NCBI RefSeq assembly: GCF_004010195.1 | Contig: NC_057757.1 | Location: 1,717,907-1,781,906 of the forward strand | Length of the DNA stretch: 64,000 bases | Source of the DNA: Chiloscyllium plagiosum | Lineage: Eukaryota | Direction: 5' to 3' | Shown here: one piece after another, positions 37,551 to 50,505 of the stretch | How the letters are laid out: every line of letters begins with the position of its first letter | How positions within the stretch are numbered: position 1 is the stretch's first letter | Program-made: the position numbers and the translations under genes | The notes under the pieces: model-generated | Told to the model about the DNA's origin: nothing | What the model saw: the letters and a program-made list of their open reading frames with translations, nothing else | Databases searched by the model: none

Positions 37551-38162
37551 GTCTGATCCATCTCTGTGTTCTGCAATAACTTTGAAAAGGGAATTAGTGG
37601 AAAACACTGAAGGAGACTGTCAGCTTTTTTTAAAGAACAATCCACTAATAGTCCCACTCCTCTGGTCTTTTCTCATATTCATGCAGTTGTTTTTGGCTTC
37701 TACATATTTATCCAATTTTCTTTTGTTTAGAAGCTACAATTGAGTCATTTTCCATCACTCTATTACGCAGCACTTTCTAAATCCTACCTATTGTATAGAA
37801 GTGTCATTCTCTCATCGTCACTTCTTGCTCTGCTAAGCATGTTAAATTTTTCTCTTTTGTTTATCCACCTTTCAGCCATTGGAAATAGTAAATAAAGAAA
37901 AACCGTCTAAACTCTTCATGATTTCAAACACCTCTCTGTTTAATCCCTCCTGCTTTAAGGAGAACTCTAATCATCCAGTCTATCCATATAACTGTAATGT
38001 CTCATTCCCAGAACCATCTGCCAAGTTTCCTGTATACTGTCTCTGACACTTTCATGTACTTTCTAAAGTGTGGTGACCAGAACTAAACATAATACTCAAT
38101 CTGGAACTGAGCTAGTATTTTACATAGGACTTGTAAAACGTCCTCACTTTTGGTTCTCTCTG

Positions 38163-38388
38163 TGTAGTAATTGGAACCAGGTTGACCTCAGTGACTACAA
38201 GATTGTTGATTGGGATATTCACCTGGGCCAATCAGGAAAGCCCTGGCTAACCAATATTAGTAGGAGATTTTGAATCTCTTCAGTTCTGGTGACTGATTCC
38301 AAGCTGGCTAGCCCCAGCCAGTGTACTGTGCACAAGTGAATAAAGGGTGACTTGATGACGTGATACTGACCTCTGTGCAGTTATTTCA
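38163..38388 (+). mobile_element. Short solo LTR (family A)
   Basis: TGTAGT...TTATTTCA, similar to 23049-23263. Confidence 0.65.
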
Positions 38389-39031
38389 CAATGCCATACT
38401 TATAAACAGTATGATCATACAAGCTTTATTAACTCCATTGTTAACCTTACCTGCTACTTCAAAGATTAGGCACAAAGAATCCAGGATCCATATGTTCTCA
38501 TATTCCCTTTAAAACAGAGAAGACAGAAGACAACTTAAGTGGTACAATGTTCCGACCAAAATGCATCGAACCCAATGGAAGAAAACATTTAGGATTATAG
38601 GGAAAGAGCTGGGGAAATTGACTGATTGGTAGCTCTTTAAAAGAGCCAACATGAGCACTATGGGCAAATGGCCGTCATTTGTTCTCTGTCTTTCTGTGTT
38701 TCTTAGTCATTGTTTTATCTTGTTTCATGTTTTTGGAACACGGCCAAGATGCTTGCTTCATTGGCAGTTGAAACAATCAAAGATACAATCATCTGCTAAT
38801 ACCTGGGGAGGTGATCGTCTACTAGTATTATCACTAGACTATTAATCCAGTGACCTCGGTAATGTCTTGGGAACCAGGATTCGAAACCTGCTACGGCAAT
38901 GATGAAATTTGAATTAATTTTTTTTACTAAATCTAGAATTAAGAGGCTGACGATGACCATGAATCCATTGTCAACTGCTGGAAAAACCGATTTCTTCACT
39001 AATGTCCTTTAGGAAAGGAAACTGCCATCCT

Positions 39032-39094
39032 GTGCTTTTCCGGCACCACACTCTCGACTCTAATTTCCAGCATCTGCAGTCCTCACTTTCGCCT
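39032..39094 (+). mobile_element. 63-bp 3'-terminal stub of a Penelope-like element, inside a SINE-like repeat
   Basis: Matches the PLE tail CCAGCATCTGCAGTCCTCACTTTC; 12-bp TSD AACTGCCATCCT (39020-39031 / 39095-39106). Confidence 0.75.
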
Positions 39095-39377
39095 AACTGC
39101 CATCCTTACCTGGTCTGGCCTCCTGTGACTCCAGACTCTCAGCAATGTGGTTGACTCTTAAACTAGGAAAGGATAATAAATGCCGGTCATGAATGAGCTT
39201 TTTTTTAAATCTGCAGTTTGAGATGTATACATACTAATGTGAATGTGGATTTAAATTGTATACAGGGCCAGAGAGTTCAGTGATTCACAATTAAAGTCTA
39301 AAATTATGAGAACTGAGAGGAAAGGAAGTTAAGTTTAAAGCACTGTTAATTAATTTTATTGATTGTGGTTTATACAG

Positions 39378-39512
39378 GCAGTGACACCTGGAGCTGGTGA
39401 ACACCCTCTACAGTATAACTACACCTTCTGGTACTCCAGGCGCACACCAAGCAGGCCAGCCAACACTCAGAGCTACGAACAGAACATTAAACAGATTGGA
39501 ACAGTTGCGTCA
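39378..39512 (+). CDS. eif4e2rs1: eIF4E2-family exon 3
   Basis: AG|AVTPGAGEHPLQYNYTFWYSRRTPSRPANTQSYEQNIKQIGTVAS|GTAAGT; 135 nt. Tyr at the positions of eIF4E W43/W56 is the class II signature. Confidence 0.97.
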
Positions 39513-39599
39513 GTAAGTAAGCTATTAAATCATGGAAAAGTAGAATTGTATTCATTATAAATACAATATAACAATGACATCCATCATGTGGAAAATATT

Positions 39600-40760
39600 A
39601 AAAGCTTTATTATTAAGGATGTTATAGCAGGGCATTTTGATAAATGGTTTTGTCAAAGGGAAATCATATTTAACTAATTTATTGAAGTTCATTGAAGAAG
39701 TAACTTGTGCTATGGATAAAGGGGGACCAGTGAAATGTACTGTACTTAGATTTTCAGAAGAGTTTAATAAGCTGCCACATCAAAGGTTATTGCGGAAAGT
39801 AACAGTTCATTGTGTTGGAGGTAATGTATTGGCATGGATAGATGGATAGATATTGGCTTGCAAACAGGTAGCAATGCGTCAGAATAAATGGGTCTTTTTT
39901 AGGCTGGTTGGATATCACAAGTGGTGTGCCACAGGGATAGTGCTGGATTCTCAACTCTTTACAATTCATAGAAATGAATTCATAGAAGGACTGAAAGAAT
40001 GGGAGCTAAATTTGTTGATGACACAAAGGTAGGTAGAAAATTGTGTTGTGAAGAGGACATAAGAAACATTCAAAGTGATAGAGATGGGTTAAGAGAGTGT
40101 CCAATAATCTGATAAATGGAATACAATGTGGGAAAGTGTGAATTTGTCCATTTTGGCAGGGAAAAAAAAGCGTATCTGAATGGTGAGAGGTTGCAGAACT
40201 CTGAGATGCAGAGAGATCTGGGTGTCCTAATACACAAATCACTGAAGGTTAGTATGCAGGTACAGCAAGTAATCAGGAATGTTATGTTTTTGTTACAAGG
40301 GGGTTTAAATGCAAGAATAAGGAAATTATGCTTAAATCATACAGGGCATTGATGAGACGAGATGTGGACTACTGTGTGCAGTACTGGTCACCGTTCCTAA
40401 GGAAGTATGTTAATGTATTGGAAGCAGTTCTAAGAAGTTTACTAGACTAATAGCTGGAGTAAGCAGATTGTCTTATGAGGAAAGGGCAGACAGACAATGG
40501 AGTTTATAGAGTCAGTGATGACTAGACCCCAATTAAGGCAGATGAAACATATTTTCTTGCAGAATGTTGAGAGTCTTTGGGATTCCCTTCCTCAAAAGGC
40601 ATTGGGTGCAGAATCTATAAATATTTTTATCAGTGAAATGAAAAATTATCAGCAATGTGCAGGAATGTAGAGCTGAAGTTAAAAATTGGATCAGCCATGA
40701 TCTTATTAATGGTGGAGCAGGCTTGAAGGGCCAAGTACTTACTCTTGTTCCCTACTCATT
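39600..40760 (+). mobile_element. Decayed CR1 LINE fragment
   Basis: GFVKGKSYLTNLLKF and YNVGKCEFVHFG motifs. Confidence 0.8.
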
Positions 40761-41329
40761 TTATTAGTAACAGGAAGAGAGTGTCAACATACTCATCTGT
40801 AGTAAATTGTGTGACAAATTGTGACAAATCTGATGACATATGGTTAAATTCTGGATTTGATTTTGAGACACTTAATCAGTAACATGTCTTTGAACTTAAG
40901 CAAATAACTCGTATTGACTGAAGGAAGCAGAGTTCTCTTGTCAGTCAAAAAGTTTAACTCTTATTGAGACTAACATGTCATAATCTATACTTTAACAAAA
41001 CTCTAATATGCCACAGCTCCTAGTCTGGTATACTTGGGTAGCGGTGAGTTAATGGTTGAATTGCCTCCTTGCAACCATGTATTGAGCCATAATAGCCTCC
41101 TCCGAAAGTCCCCAGCATCACAGAAGCCAGTCTTCAGCCAATTTGCTCCACGTAATATCAAGAAACCACAGGAGGCTCTGGATACTGCTAAGGTTGTAAC
41201 AACATTTCAGTAATGGTACTATAGATGTGCTTCAGAGCTCACTGCACCCCTAGCCAAGCTATTCCAGCTACAATATTTGTATTTACCAAACTATGTGGAA
41301 AATTGCCCAGGTATACTCTGTACACACAA

Positions 41330-41920
41330 TGTTGAAGAAAGTCTCTAGAGGCAGACTTTGAGCATTAACCAGTTTATTACATGATGCAGCATGGGGAGAC
41401 CATCATCCTAAGTATAGCTCATCAGAACTCCAAAGTGCAGCAGAAAGTTACAAGATTACTTGTATAGAAAAACAAGACGGGGCTGAAACACGGGCTGACT
41501 ATTAATTACAAAGTGTCAGGATAGTCCGAGGAGGTACTGAATCAGGGGTCAGCTCTCAGGGTCAGCCCTAAAAGATTCTATACATTCTATATATGTAAAT
41601 AGGACGGAAAGTTTTCACCTAACATGCTGTTTACAGAGATCTGTGACAAGTGCAGGACAGATGTCCTTAATTAGAGGAACAACCCACATTGGCAATATAT
41701 TGTAGAGAGAAAGAGAAGCTAATTAACAAGAGAAGGCATGGTTGAACAATTAAGTGACACACACCAACAATGCATCACAGTGAGAAAGGATCTAAGCTAT
41801 GTGTGAGACAGCCTCTTACAGCGACATGCCAAGTACTATTCTTCAGCAGGGTGAGGTGACCTCCAGCAAAATAGTTCCTTAACCAAGACAGAAGACATGA
41901 CCAAGAAAATGGCGTCCACA
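41330..41920 (-). repeat. ERV-2 3' LTR
   Basis: Collinear with 46414-46920; adjacent to the PPT. Confidence 0.9.
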
Positions 41921-44657
41921 GTCCCTCCTTTTTCTTTTCTTAGTGAAAGAAGCAGGTCAGGATTTTCAACAAAAGAGGGAATGTATCCAGAGCCAGGGGG
42001 ATTGTCCAGAGGGGGAGGCTCAGAATCGGGACGGCTAGTCCTCAGAATCTGAGGTGTCAGCACTGTTAGGGCTGGGAATCCAGACTCAGTGCCAGTGCAG
42101 GGGTTCGCTGCGAGGGGGACTTTGACCAGCCAGGCTGACGATGTGATGGAGGGTAGCAGCAGTGAGCCATAGAGCACACAATCCTGCTTAATGAAACTAA
42201 CAAGGACCACGAAAAGTACAAAAAGACAACAGCAAAGTCAATAAGCCCTTGTAAGAGGGCGCTGCCCCAAGACTCGAGCGATGAGCCCACCTATCTTCAC
42301 AAGAGCCATCAGGAGCAAGGTTCCCTCTAAGACGGTGCTCTCTTTCGTCAAGTTCCATTCATCCACTCAAGTCTTCTGCTGATTTTGACCGCTGTGCGGG
42401 TGGAAACTCACAAGACACGGGCCTTCCCCCCTAGGCTTCAATTTTACCCGGCGCCAATTCTTAGGCTTGGCATACCTGAGACTGTAAACTTTGAAGAGTT
42501 TTGGTTAAGTTATGCAGGTATTTCCCACTTGTCCACCACTGTTATGACAATATTCTCAGTCGTTGGGGTGGTTCTGATTCATTTACTATATACATTTACT
42601 ATTATTAGACAATCTTCGTAACAATGTACTTGAGATAATTCTATAAAATCAAGTTATAGGCAAGTGAAAGGGCCCACCAAGCAAGGGTCCTGCCAGGAAT
42701 GCTCAGTACATCACTAATATTTACAGGTTTTTGTAAGGCTCGTTCTAATTACTGGATTAAGTGATCTGCAGTCATAACTGCGTATAGGCCCAAGGAGTGG
42801 CATTATACACCTGAATTGTCCTTCGAACATATTGATCTAATTGGACGGATTTCTCCTTGCGGTCAGGGGTTTGGTTCATTAACATTACTCTGCTTTCCAA
42901 GACAGCCCCTGTTTACAGATGGATCTGGCCACTCACCCCCATGATGTCGACAATGATACCAGTTACCAATACTGGACCCTTCATCTTTAGAGTAAGGGGA
43001 GGTTTATAATAAGGGGGTGTGCTGGGGACTTTCAGGAGATGTTAGAGTCTCAGTGAGTATCCTGGAATAAAATCCCCATTCCTCATCCATATCAATGTCA
43101 TCCCAAACCTTAAATAATATTGGTATGCCAGACATAAGCTCAGGATGCTACCTACCCCCCCTTCTTTTTTACACTTACCATTGTATTGCCTACTTCCATT
43201 GCTAATTGGATGTACAATACTCAATTGTTTTAATGATTTGGAGATGTCGGAGTTGTTTTAAGGGATGGTCCAAGTGAACATTAATCAATGCAGCCATGTT
43301 TTCAACTAATCATGAGACAAAGACACAGATCACTGACAATGTGTGAAGGTATAAAAACTAAGTGATCTTGCCAATTAATCCAAATTATGTAACTCTGGAC
43401 TAATACAAATGGTTTTAAAATATTGACTAATATAACCATATTGTTAATGAGAGATTGAAACTGAATAAGTGACTAATGCATTTCACAGTTAATTAATAAG
43501 AACAAACAGATTCTAAAATCACAGAAATGACTCAAAGCTGCTTAGTTTTGCAGATATGAAATTGTATCATTTATGTTCTATTACGTGCATATCGCACTCA
43601 ACTTATTAAATCACAAATTTCCTCTTTTTGAGTATGAGTTCTGTCTGGAGGCTTCAATATAAATGGAAATCAATTATTTAAAACCCAAATTTACAATATA
43701 AAATGTGAACAGTTTCCAACCCTGTAATCCAATATAATTACCTGGTTCTAGTCTCTCAATTTAAATCCCAGGTTTGGTTCCTTAAGTGGTTCTGATCAGT
43801 CATTGCTCATTTATAGTGTTATAGGGTGTGAAATGACTGTAGCTGCATTAATCAGGTCTTCTCTACTCACATGATAACAAAATGCTTCTTATGCACAATT
43901 GATGACTTAATCCAAAGACACAGATATGAACAACAGCACCTTAACTTTTGTTACATAATTTTTTTTCCTCACAAAATAGTGTTGAACTGGAACTTCAACT
44001 CTCAGTGAGGAAGGGAGACTGATAAAGAATAAAGCTACGACTTGCACTCCGTACATACAAATGAGGTGCAGCAGTCTCAAAGTTATGTGGAAACAAACGA
44101 GACTGAAAGTTCACTGTAACTCCTCCACTTAATGAGCAAATGTTAAAGTCTGAGGCAATTGCCCTCAATGTTAGGTTTTGATTATTTTTAAGAAATGAGC
44201 AGACACCTATTTTCATCCTGGAACAGAATCATTCCGCACTCAAGGCCAGGGTACAGTGCTACTGCTTTTACTGCCTTTAGTCAATCCTTTAATTAGTCCG
44301 ACACCTAGGGATGATAGGGGTGAAACTGATCTTTGGCAGTAACATGAAATTATGGAGGGGTTGAGAGCAGGTTTATATTGGTGTCAAATAGTGCAAAAAA
44401 ATCTGAGGGAAAGGTTTTTTTTAGATTGTAATGTTGTCTTATGCCATAGTAAACTGATTTGAATTTCATGAAAACATAAAAATATGACTAGTTAGCAATT
44501 GACCGTACTGACCTCATGGTCTATAAGAAGAACATTACCAGATCTCGAGCTCCAGGGAACAAAGCATAAACATTCAGTCACCAACAAACAAGTGTGCATT
44601 CAAACCAGACCACAAAGAGTTAACCACTCTACAAGCTTCAGTGACTCAGAGCTGAGA

Positions 44658-44693
<36 letters not shown>

Positions 44694-44966
44694 CAATGTT
44701 TCCCTATTCCAGTTTTTAGTTTCTGTTGATTTCTTGTTTGTAAGGGTAATGAAACATTCACATTCCAGAACAGTCAAAATTAAGGAGTTTCAATTCGAAC
44801 AATATTTTCAAGCCAAGTTGTCCGTGCCTCTGCATTAGTCTATGACCCGGGGGAAATAGTAGGCTAAATTCATTAAAGTCTGGACATCCTGAGACAAGCA
44901 ACTATAAATACTGCAGTTTTGTACAAGCCAATTAAAAATGTTGGGCACTAGAGTGGATCAGGGGTG

Positions 44967-45290
44967 TTAGATTAGATTAGTTTACTTACAGCGTGGAAAC
45001 AGGCCCTTTGGCCCAACAAGTCCACACCGACCCGCCGAAGCGCAACCCACCCAGACCCATTCCCCTACATTTACCCCTTCACCTAATGCTATGGGCAATT
45101 TAGCATGGCCAATCCACCTAACCTGCAAATTTTTGGATTGTGGGAGGAAACCGGAGCACCCGGAGGAAACCCACGCAGTCACGGGGAGAATGTGCAAACT
45201 CCACACAGAGAGTTGCCTGAGGCGGGAATTGAACCCAGGTCTCTGTCACTGTGAGGCAGCAGTGCTAACCACTGTGCCACCGTGCCGCCC
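44967..45290 (-). mobile_element. HE1/V-SINE-like SINE, near full-length, nested in ERV-2
   Basis: Head GGGCGGCACGGTGGCACAGTGGTTAGCAC on the minus strand, V-domain, (CTAAT)n tail. Confidence 0.9.
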
Positions 45291-46413
45291 ATGAAACATC
45301 CACCGGATCTCGGAGTGGGTCCAGGGTTTGTCAGGTGGAGTTTCACCATCATAAGCCTGGGGCAAACAAGTTCTTTATTACCAATCTCTGTAAATTGTGA
45401 GATGCTTTCACCAACATGTGCTGTCCGGAGATTAGGACCCTGTTGAGTACTTGCACTAGTAACTTGTGGTCAAGAAGCGCAAACTGTAGCAGTGTTTCTA
45501 ACAGCATTCTGTCCCTGGTCAGCTTTCCTCCTCATTTGGGAAACGACAACAGCAGCAATCCCATTTGGGATGGTAATTTTGGGGGACTTAGGGGAATAGG
45601 GCGCCAGTATGGTAGGAGGGTTTCGAAAGAGTTCCCAGGATGCTGACCGCGTTGCAACTGGAGGGGCTGATAGCTCTTAGCCACTTTCTTAAAATCAATA
45701 AGGGAATCTCCTACCATAAGTATTGCATTTCGCATGTTTACCGTGGTGTTTCAGCGTCCCCTCTGAGGGCACAAAAGGTGGGGGGGTCCAACCTGCACAG
45801 CAGGACAAGATTGCCTTGTCCCCAGGGCTGGCACTTCGGTCTTACTTGTAAAGTGATTCGATCCCATCCTCACCTCCCAAGTCCCATATGCACAACAGTC
45901 ACCTACAGGCAAATGAATAAGACACAAACAAAGACAAACAGCAAAACAAACCAACAAGACAAAACACTGGCACCAGGGTCAGTTCCTCAAGGCCTCCCTA
46001 AGCCCGGCAATCAACCGAGTTTGCAATTCTAAACATTTAGATCTGTCCATCTTCCGTCTTGCCTCAGGAGATTAGTCTGCAGGCTCAGGTCAGGAGTTTG
46101 CAAGTTAAGAAGTTTAGAGAGGCTATCTGTCCATCTTCCATTTTACCTCGGGGGATCAGCTTGCACGCTCAGGTCATGATTAAACACTTACCTGAATGTG
46201 CTAATTTAAAGCGATCTTTCCAGTCTTCTGCCTCGCCTCAGGGGATCAGTCTGCAGGCTCTGGTCAGGATCACGCACTTAACCAGTTGTAGCAATCTTGA
46301 TTAGCCCCACACAATACTCACATTTACTCATACACCAAATTAAGTATTGAAGGCACTAATTCAGGTCCACGCAAGACCCCATAATGAAGGGGATCCAGCC
46401 GGCTAATGCCAGT

Positions 46414-46920
46414 TGTTGAAATAAATCTCTAGAGGCAGACCTTGAGCATTAACCATCATAGGGAGACTACTGTCCTAAGCCTGGCTCGACAGAACTCTGA
46501 AGTACCGAAAGTTACAAGATTATATAAAAAGCAAGACTGGGCTGAAACACAGGCTGATCATTAATTAAAAAGTATCAGGATAGTCCGAGGAGGTACCGAA
46601 TCAGGGGTCAGCCGTAAAAGATGCTACACAGTCTACAAGTAAACAGGACTGACAGTTATCACCTAACATGCTGTTTACAGAGATCTGTAACAATTCCAGG
46701 ACAGATATCCTTAATTAGGGGAACAACACACATTTGCAATATATCGTAGCGAAAGAGATGCTAAGCAACAGTACACCACAGTGAGAAAGCATCTAAGCTA
46801 TGTGTGAGACAGCCTCTTACAGCGACATGCCAAGTACAATTTTTCAGCAAGGTGAGGGGACCTCCAGCAAAATGTTCCTTAACCGGAACGTAAGGCATGA
46901 CCAAGAAAATGGCTTCCACA
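46414..46920 (-). repeat. ERV-2 5' LTR
   Basis: Collinear with 41330-41920 apart from deletions; adjacent to the PBS-like sequence. Confidence 0.9.
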
Positions 46921-48320
46921 CACAAGGCAGGATGAATCTAACCCAGGCAGTTTCCAAACCATCATTTACTCTTGATCATCAGTAAAGTGATGGGAGGTGT
47001 CATCAACAGTGCTAAGAAGCAGCATTTGTTTAGCAATAACCTGCTCACTGACAGTCAGTTTATGATCAGCCAGGGCCACTCAGCTCCTGACCCATTACAG
47101 CATTAGTTTGAATATAGAAAAGAGAACTGAATTTCAGAGGTGAGTAAGAGTGACTGCCCTTGAGATCAAGCTGTACTTGACCAGATGTGGCATTAAGGAA
47201 CCCAAACAAAATTTGAATCAATGGGAATTGAAGGGGAGTGTTGCTCTGCTGGTTGGAGTTATACCTAGCACATCTGATCTGCTTATACTGCTCATAAACA
47301 AAACTTTTCACTGTACCTCAGTACACGTGACAATAAATCAATCAATCAGTCAATCAAACAAAGGAAGATGGTTTGAGGTCAGTCATCTCGGCTCCAGGAT
47401 ATCACTGCAGAGTATTCTGAGGGTAGTGTCCTAGGCCCAGCCATCTTCAGCTGCTTCATTAATGACTTTCCCTCCGTCATAAGGTAAGAAGTGGGAATAT
47501 TTGCTGATTAAATGTTCAACACCACTCATCTCTTCTGATACTGAAGCAGTCCACGTCCAAATGTGACAAGACCTGGACAATATCCAGATTAGGGCTCACA
47601 AATGCTAAGTAACAGTCAGGCTACACAAGTGCCATGCAGTGACGGTCTGCAACAAGAGAGAATCAAATCATCATCTTTTGGCTTTCAATGGCAGTTACCA
47701 TCACTGAAACTCCCACTATCAACAACAGTGGTCAGGTGGGGGTTACCATTGACTCGTAAATAAATTGGACCAGCCATATAAATACTGTGGCTAAAAGAGC
47801 AGGTCAGAGACATGGAATCCTGCAGTGACTAACTCACCTCCTGACTCCCAAAACCTATCCACCATCAAAAGGCACAAGTCAGGAAAGTGATGGAATTCTC
47901 CCACTTGCCTAGATGAGTGCAGGTCCAGCAGCACTCAAGAAACTTTACATCATCTAGAACAAAGCAGCCCATCTGATTAGCACCACATCCACAAACATTC
48001 ACTCCTTCCACCATTGACACTCATCCGTAGCTCCAAGATGGACTGAAGAGATGCAAAATGGTTCTTTCCAAATCCATGACTACCTCTATCAAGAAGGATA
48101 AGAGCAGTAGATACATATTAACACCACCATCTTAAGTTACCCTCCAAGCCACTCGTGTGTCACCATTGCTTCTGGGTCAAAACTCTGAAACTCCTTTCCG
48201 AATGGCACTGTACAAAATGGACAGCAGCAGTTTAAGAAAGCCAGCTCATCATCACATTCTAAAAGGCAACTAGAGAAGAGTAGTAATCCTGGCTCAGCCA
48301 GTGATGTCCCCATCCCATAA
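46921..48320 (+). mobile_element. L2/CR1-group LINE (host of ERV-2; 5' part at ~41090-41329)
   Basis: VTALEIK and GSVLGPAIFSCFINDFP RT motifs; continuous across the ERV-2 TSD. Confidence 0.75.
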
Positions 48321-48961
48321 ATAAATATATTAAGACCTTCACAGTGTGGATTCATGAATAGGTGTCTAAAGCAGAAAGAATGGGTGACCAATTATTGACC
48401 ATTTTCTAAAAAGAAACCAAAGTTTGAGGATATTCAACAGATAAGAGAAGCGAACAATGTGTTCCCATTACTTCCATTTGAAGAAAAAGTTTGATTCTTT
48501 ATTGCTGCCAGAAATTATTTAGATTTAGTGTCGCATGACAAAAATTATATTCGCAGATTTTTAAGTTTGTTCTTCTGCCTGCTTGAGACAAATGAAATTG
48601 ATTATGGTTAAAGAGATGAAAGTTTGTGACCCTAAGAATTAAAGTTCTTATACTTGGAAGGGATGCAAGTGTTTGTGCAGCCTACCAATTTGATCTGGGT
48701 AAGGGGTGTGGTAGATGCCCTGGTTTTATGCAAATAAATCTGAATGGCAGAGCTTTTTGAGAGAGCCTGAGAAATGTAGTGCTTTTGTGAGAAAGCAGTA
48801 GATGGAGAAATTGGAAATGTGAAGGATCTCTAAGACCTTCCATATGTTGGCCTGTATGGATTTCCAGCCTTTCTTTGCTTCACTATTGACAGATATGTTT
48901 AGTTGTTGGCACCTGAGCTCTGAAACATTCCTCTCTCTCTTCATCTTCCTTTTAAGGCGCC

Positions 48962-49669
48962 TGTTATGAAGATGTGAGTGTACTGTACCTTTAAGAGAGT
49001 TAAAAGAGAGGAAAAACTACCTTATAGCAGCAAGTGTTCTGAAAAAGATACATTTTAACATGTGCTCCACCTAATGGTGCAGCTATGATAGCTGGTTGCC
49101 TGGAAATGACAAAACAGATTTGCATTAGGTCAATCAGTTTAAATTATACCCTGAAAAATAACAAACTTCAATCCAGTTCGAATTTAGTATCTTAAAAGCC
49201 AGTGACATAGTCCTATGCTTTGTGGGTATAAGATCAGGGAAAATTGAACAGTTGTGAGGAGAACTGCCAAGCTACCAGCATGTAAAGACTGTCTGAAAAA
49301 TAGCTCTCTTAAAGGTACCTTTACCGATCAGTAACCTGTGAAGCAGAATCTCAAAGAAGGAAAAAAGACGACCGTAATACAGAGAAAACTGAAAGCTGCC
49401 TAGTTTTGAGATAAGTTTTGTTTTGTAAGTCGTAATTGGGAGTTTTATCAGACTAGTATTACAGAAGGGAAGGTAAAAGATAGGTTAGAGAGGAGTTGTA
49501 AATAGTTGTTCGTTAATTATTCTCTGTCATACTTCCAGAAATAAAGTTTTTCAATTTTTACTTTAAATAATCCTTGGCCTCTTGAATTTTCACAGATTAC
49601 TCCACAGGATAAATCTTTTCTGGTTTGCTGGTTTACAGTAAGCAGGAGAGTTTACCCCATGTCATCGCA
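48962..49669 (+). mobile_element. Solo LTR (family B)
   Basis: Starts TGTTATGA; inverse relative of 32407-33138; AATAAA near 49540. Confidence 0.8.
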
Positions 49670-50152
49670 ATGCCCCATCAGCTTGTGGTCAGCTAATATC
49701 TGTTTAATATTTCCTTCTATGCCTCACTGTTCGGTTTTATTTGATAATGCTTCTCTCATGCACCTTGGGACTTCTTTACTACTTTATTTGGGACATTATT
49801 TGCCTTCAGAAAAGAGGGCACAAATAACATCCTAAAAATGTTGGAGAGTATTCAGTCCAGTGAGAGGGAGGAACTAATGGAAATTAAGGAAATCAGTATA
49901 AGTAGGGAAATTGTGTTGAGGAAATTGATGCGATTAAAGATCAATAAATCCCTGGAACTCAGGCTAACTCATATTCCTGCTTCTCTTTTCTGTATTTGTA
50001 TGTTTAACATTACAGCAGCTGGTGCTTACAAGGAATTGATTGGGATTAGCTAACTATTCCTTTTTATGCTGTTAATACCTCACATATCTGACTCAGTAGA
50101 CTATATAAATGTCATTTAGTGTTGATCATTTAGCGGTAACTTTGTCATCCAG

Positions 50153-50257
50153 GTAGAACAGTTCTGGAGGTTCTACAGCCATTTGGTGCGGCCGGGTGAC
50201 TTGACCGGACATAGTGATTTCCACCTCTTCAAAGAAGGCATCAAACCCATGTGGGAG
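50153..50257 (+). CDS. eif4e2rs1: eIF4E2-family exon 4
   Basis: AG|VEQFWRFYSHLVRPGDLTGHSDFHLFKEGIKPMWE|GTGAGT; 105 nt. Confidence 0.97.
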
Positions 50258-50352
50258 GTGAGTAGGATGCATCAGAGAATTTAACCATTGCCTTTGTTTC
50301 ATTGGCATCCAAGAAAAAAGTCTCACATAATATCTGATTTGTCTCAATACAG

Positions 50353-50505
50353 GATGAGGCCAACAAAAATGGTGGTAAATGGATAATACGCTTACGCAAA
50401 GGCCTGGCATCCCGGTTTTGGGAGAATATTATTTTGGCAATGTTGGGGGAGCAGTTTATGGTTGGAGAAGAGATCTGTGGTGTTGTGGTGTCGATCCGGT
50501 TTCAG
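50353..50505 (+). CDS. eif4e2rs1: eIF4E2-family exon 5
   Basis: AG|DEANKNGGKWIIRLRKGLASRFWENIILAMLGEQFMVGEEICGVVVSIRFQ|GTGCGT; 153 nt; follows a 95-nt intron. Confidence 0.97.

Larger units (their letters stand above)
41330..46920 (-). mobile_element. ERV-2: internally deleted endogenous retrovirus, antisense in intron 3
   Basis: Two LTRs (41330-41920, 46414-46920) with TG...CA ends. 5-bp TSD CACAA (41325-41329 / 46921-46925). Minus-strand PPT at 41921-41940. PBS-like TGGCATTAGCCGGCTGGAT at 46411-46393. Remnants of gag (~42800-43140), integrase C-terminus (WQDPCLVGPF, ~42680) and env TM (~42050-42290). Confidence 0.88.
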
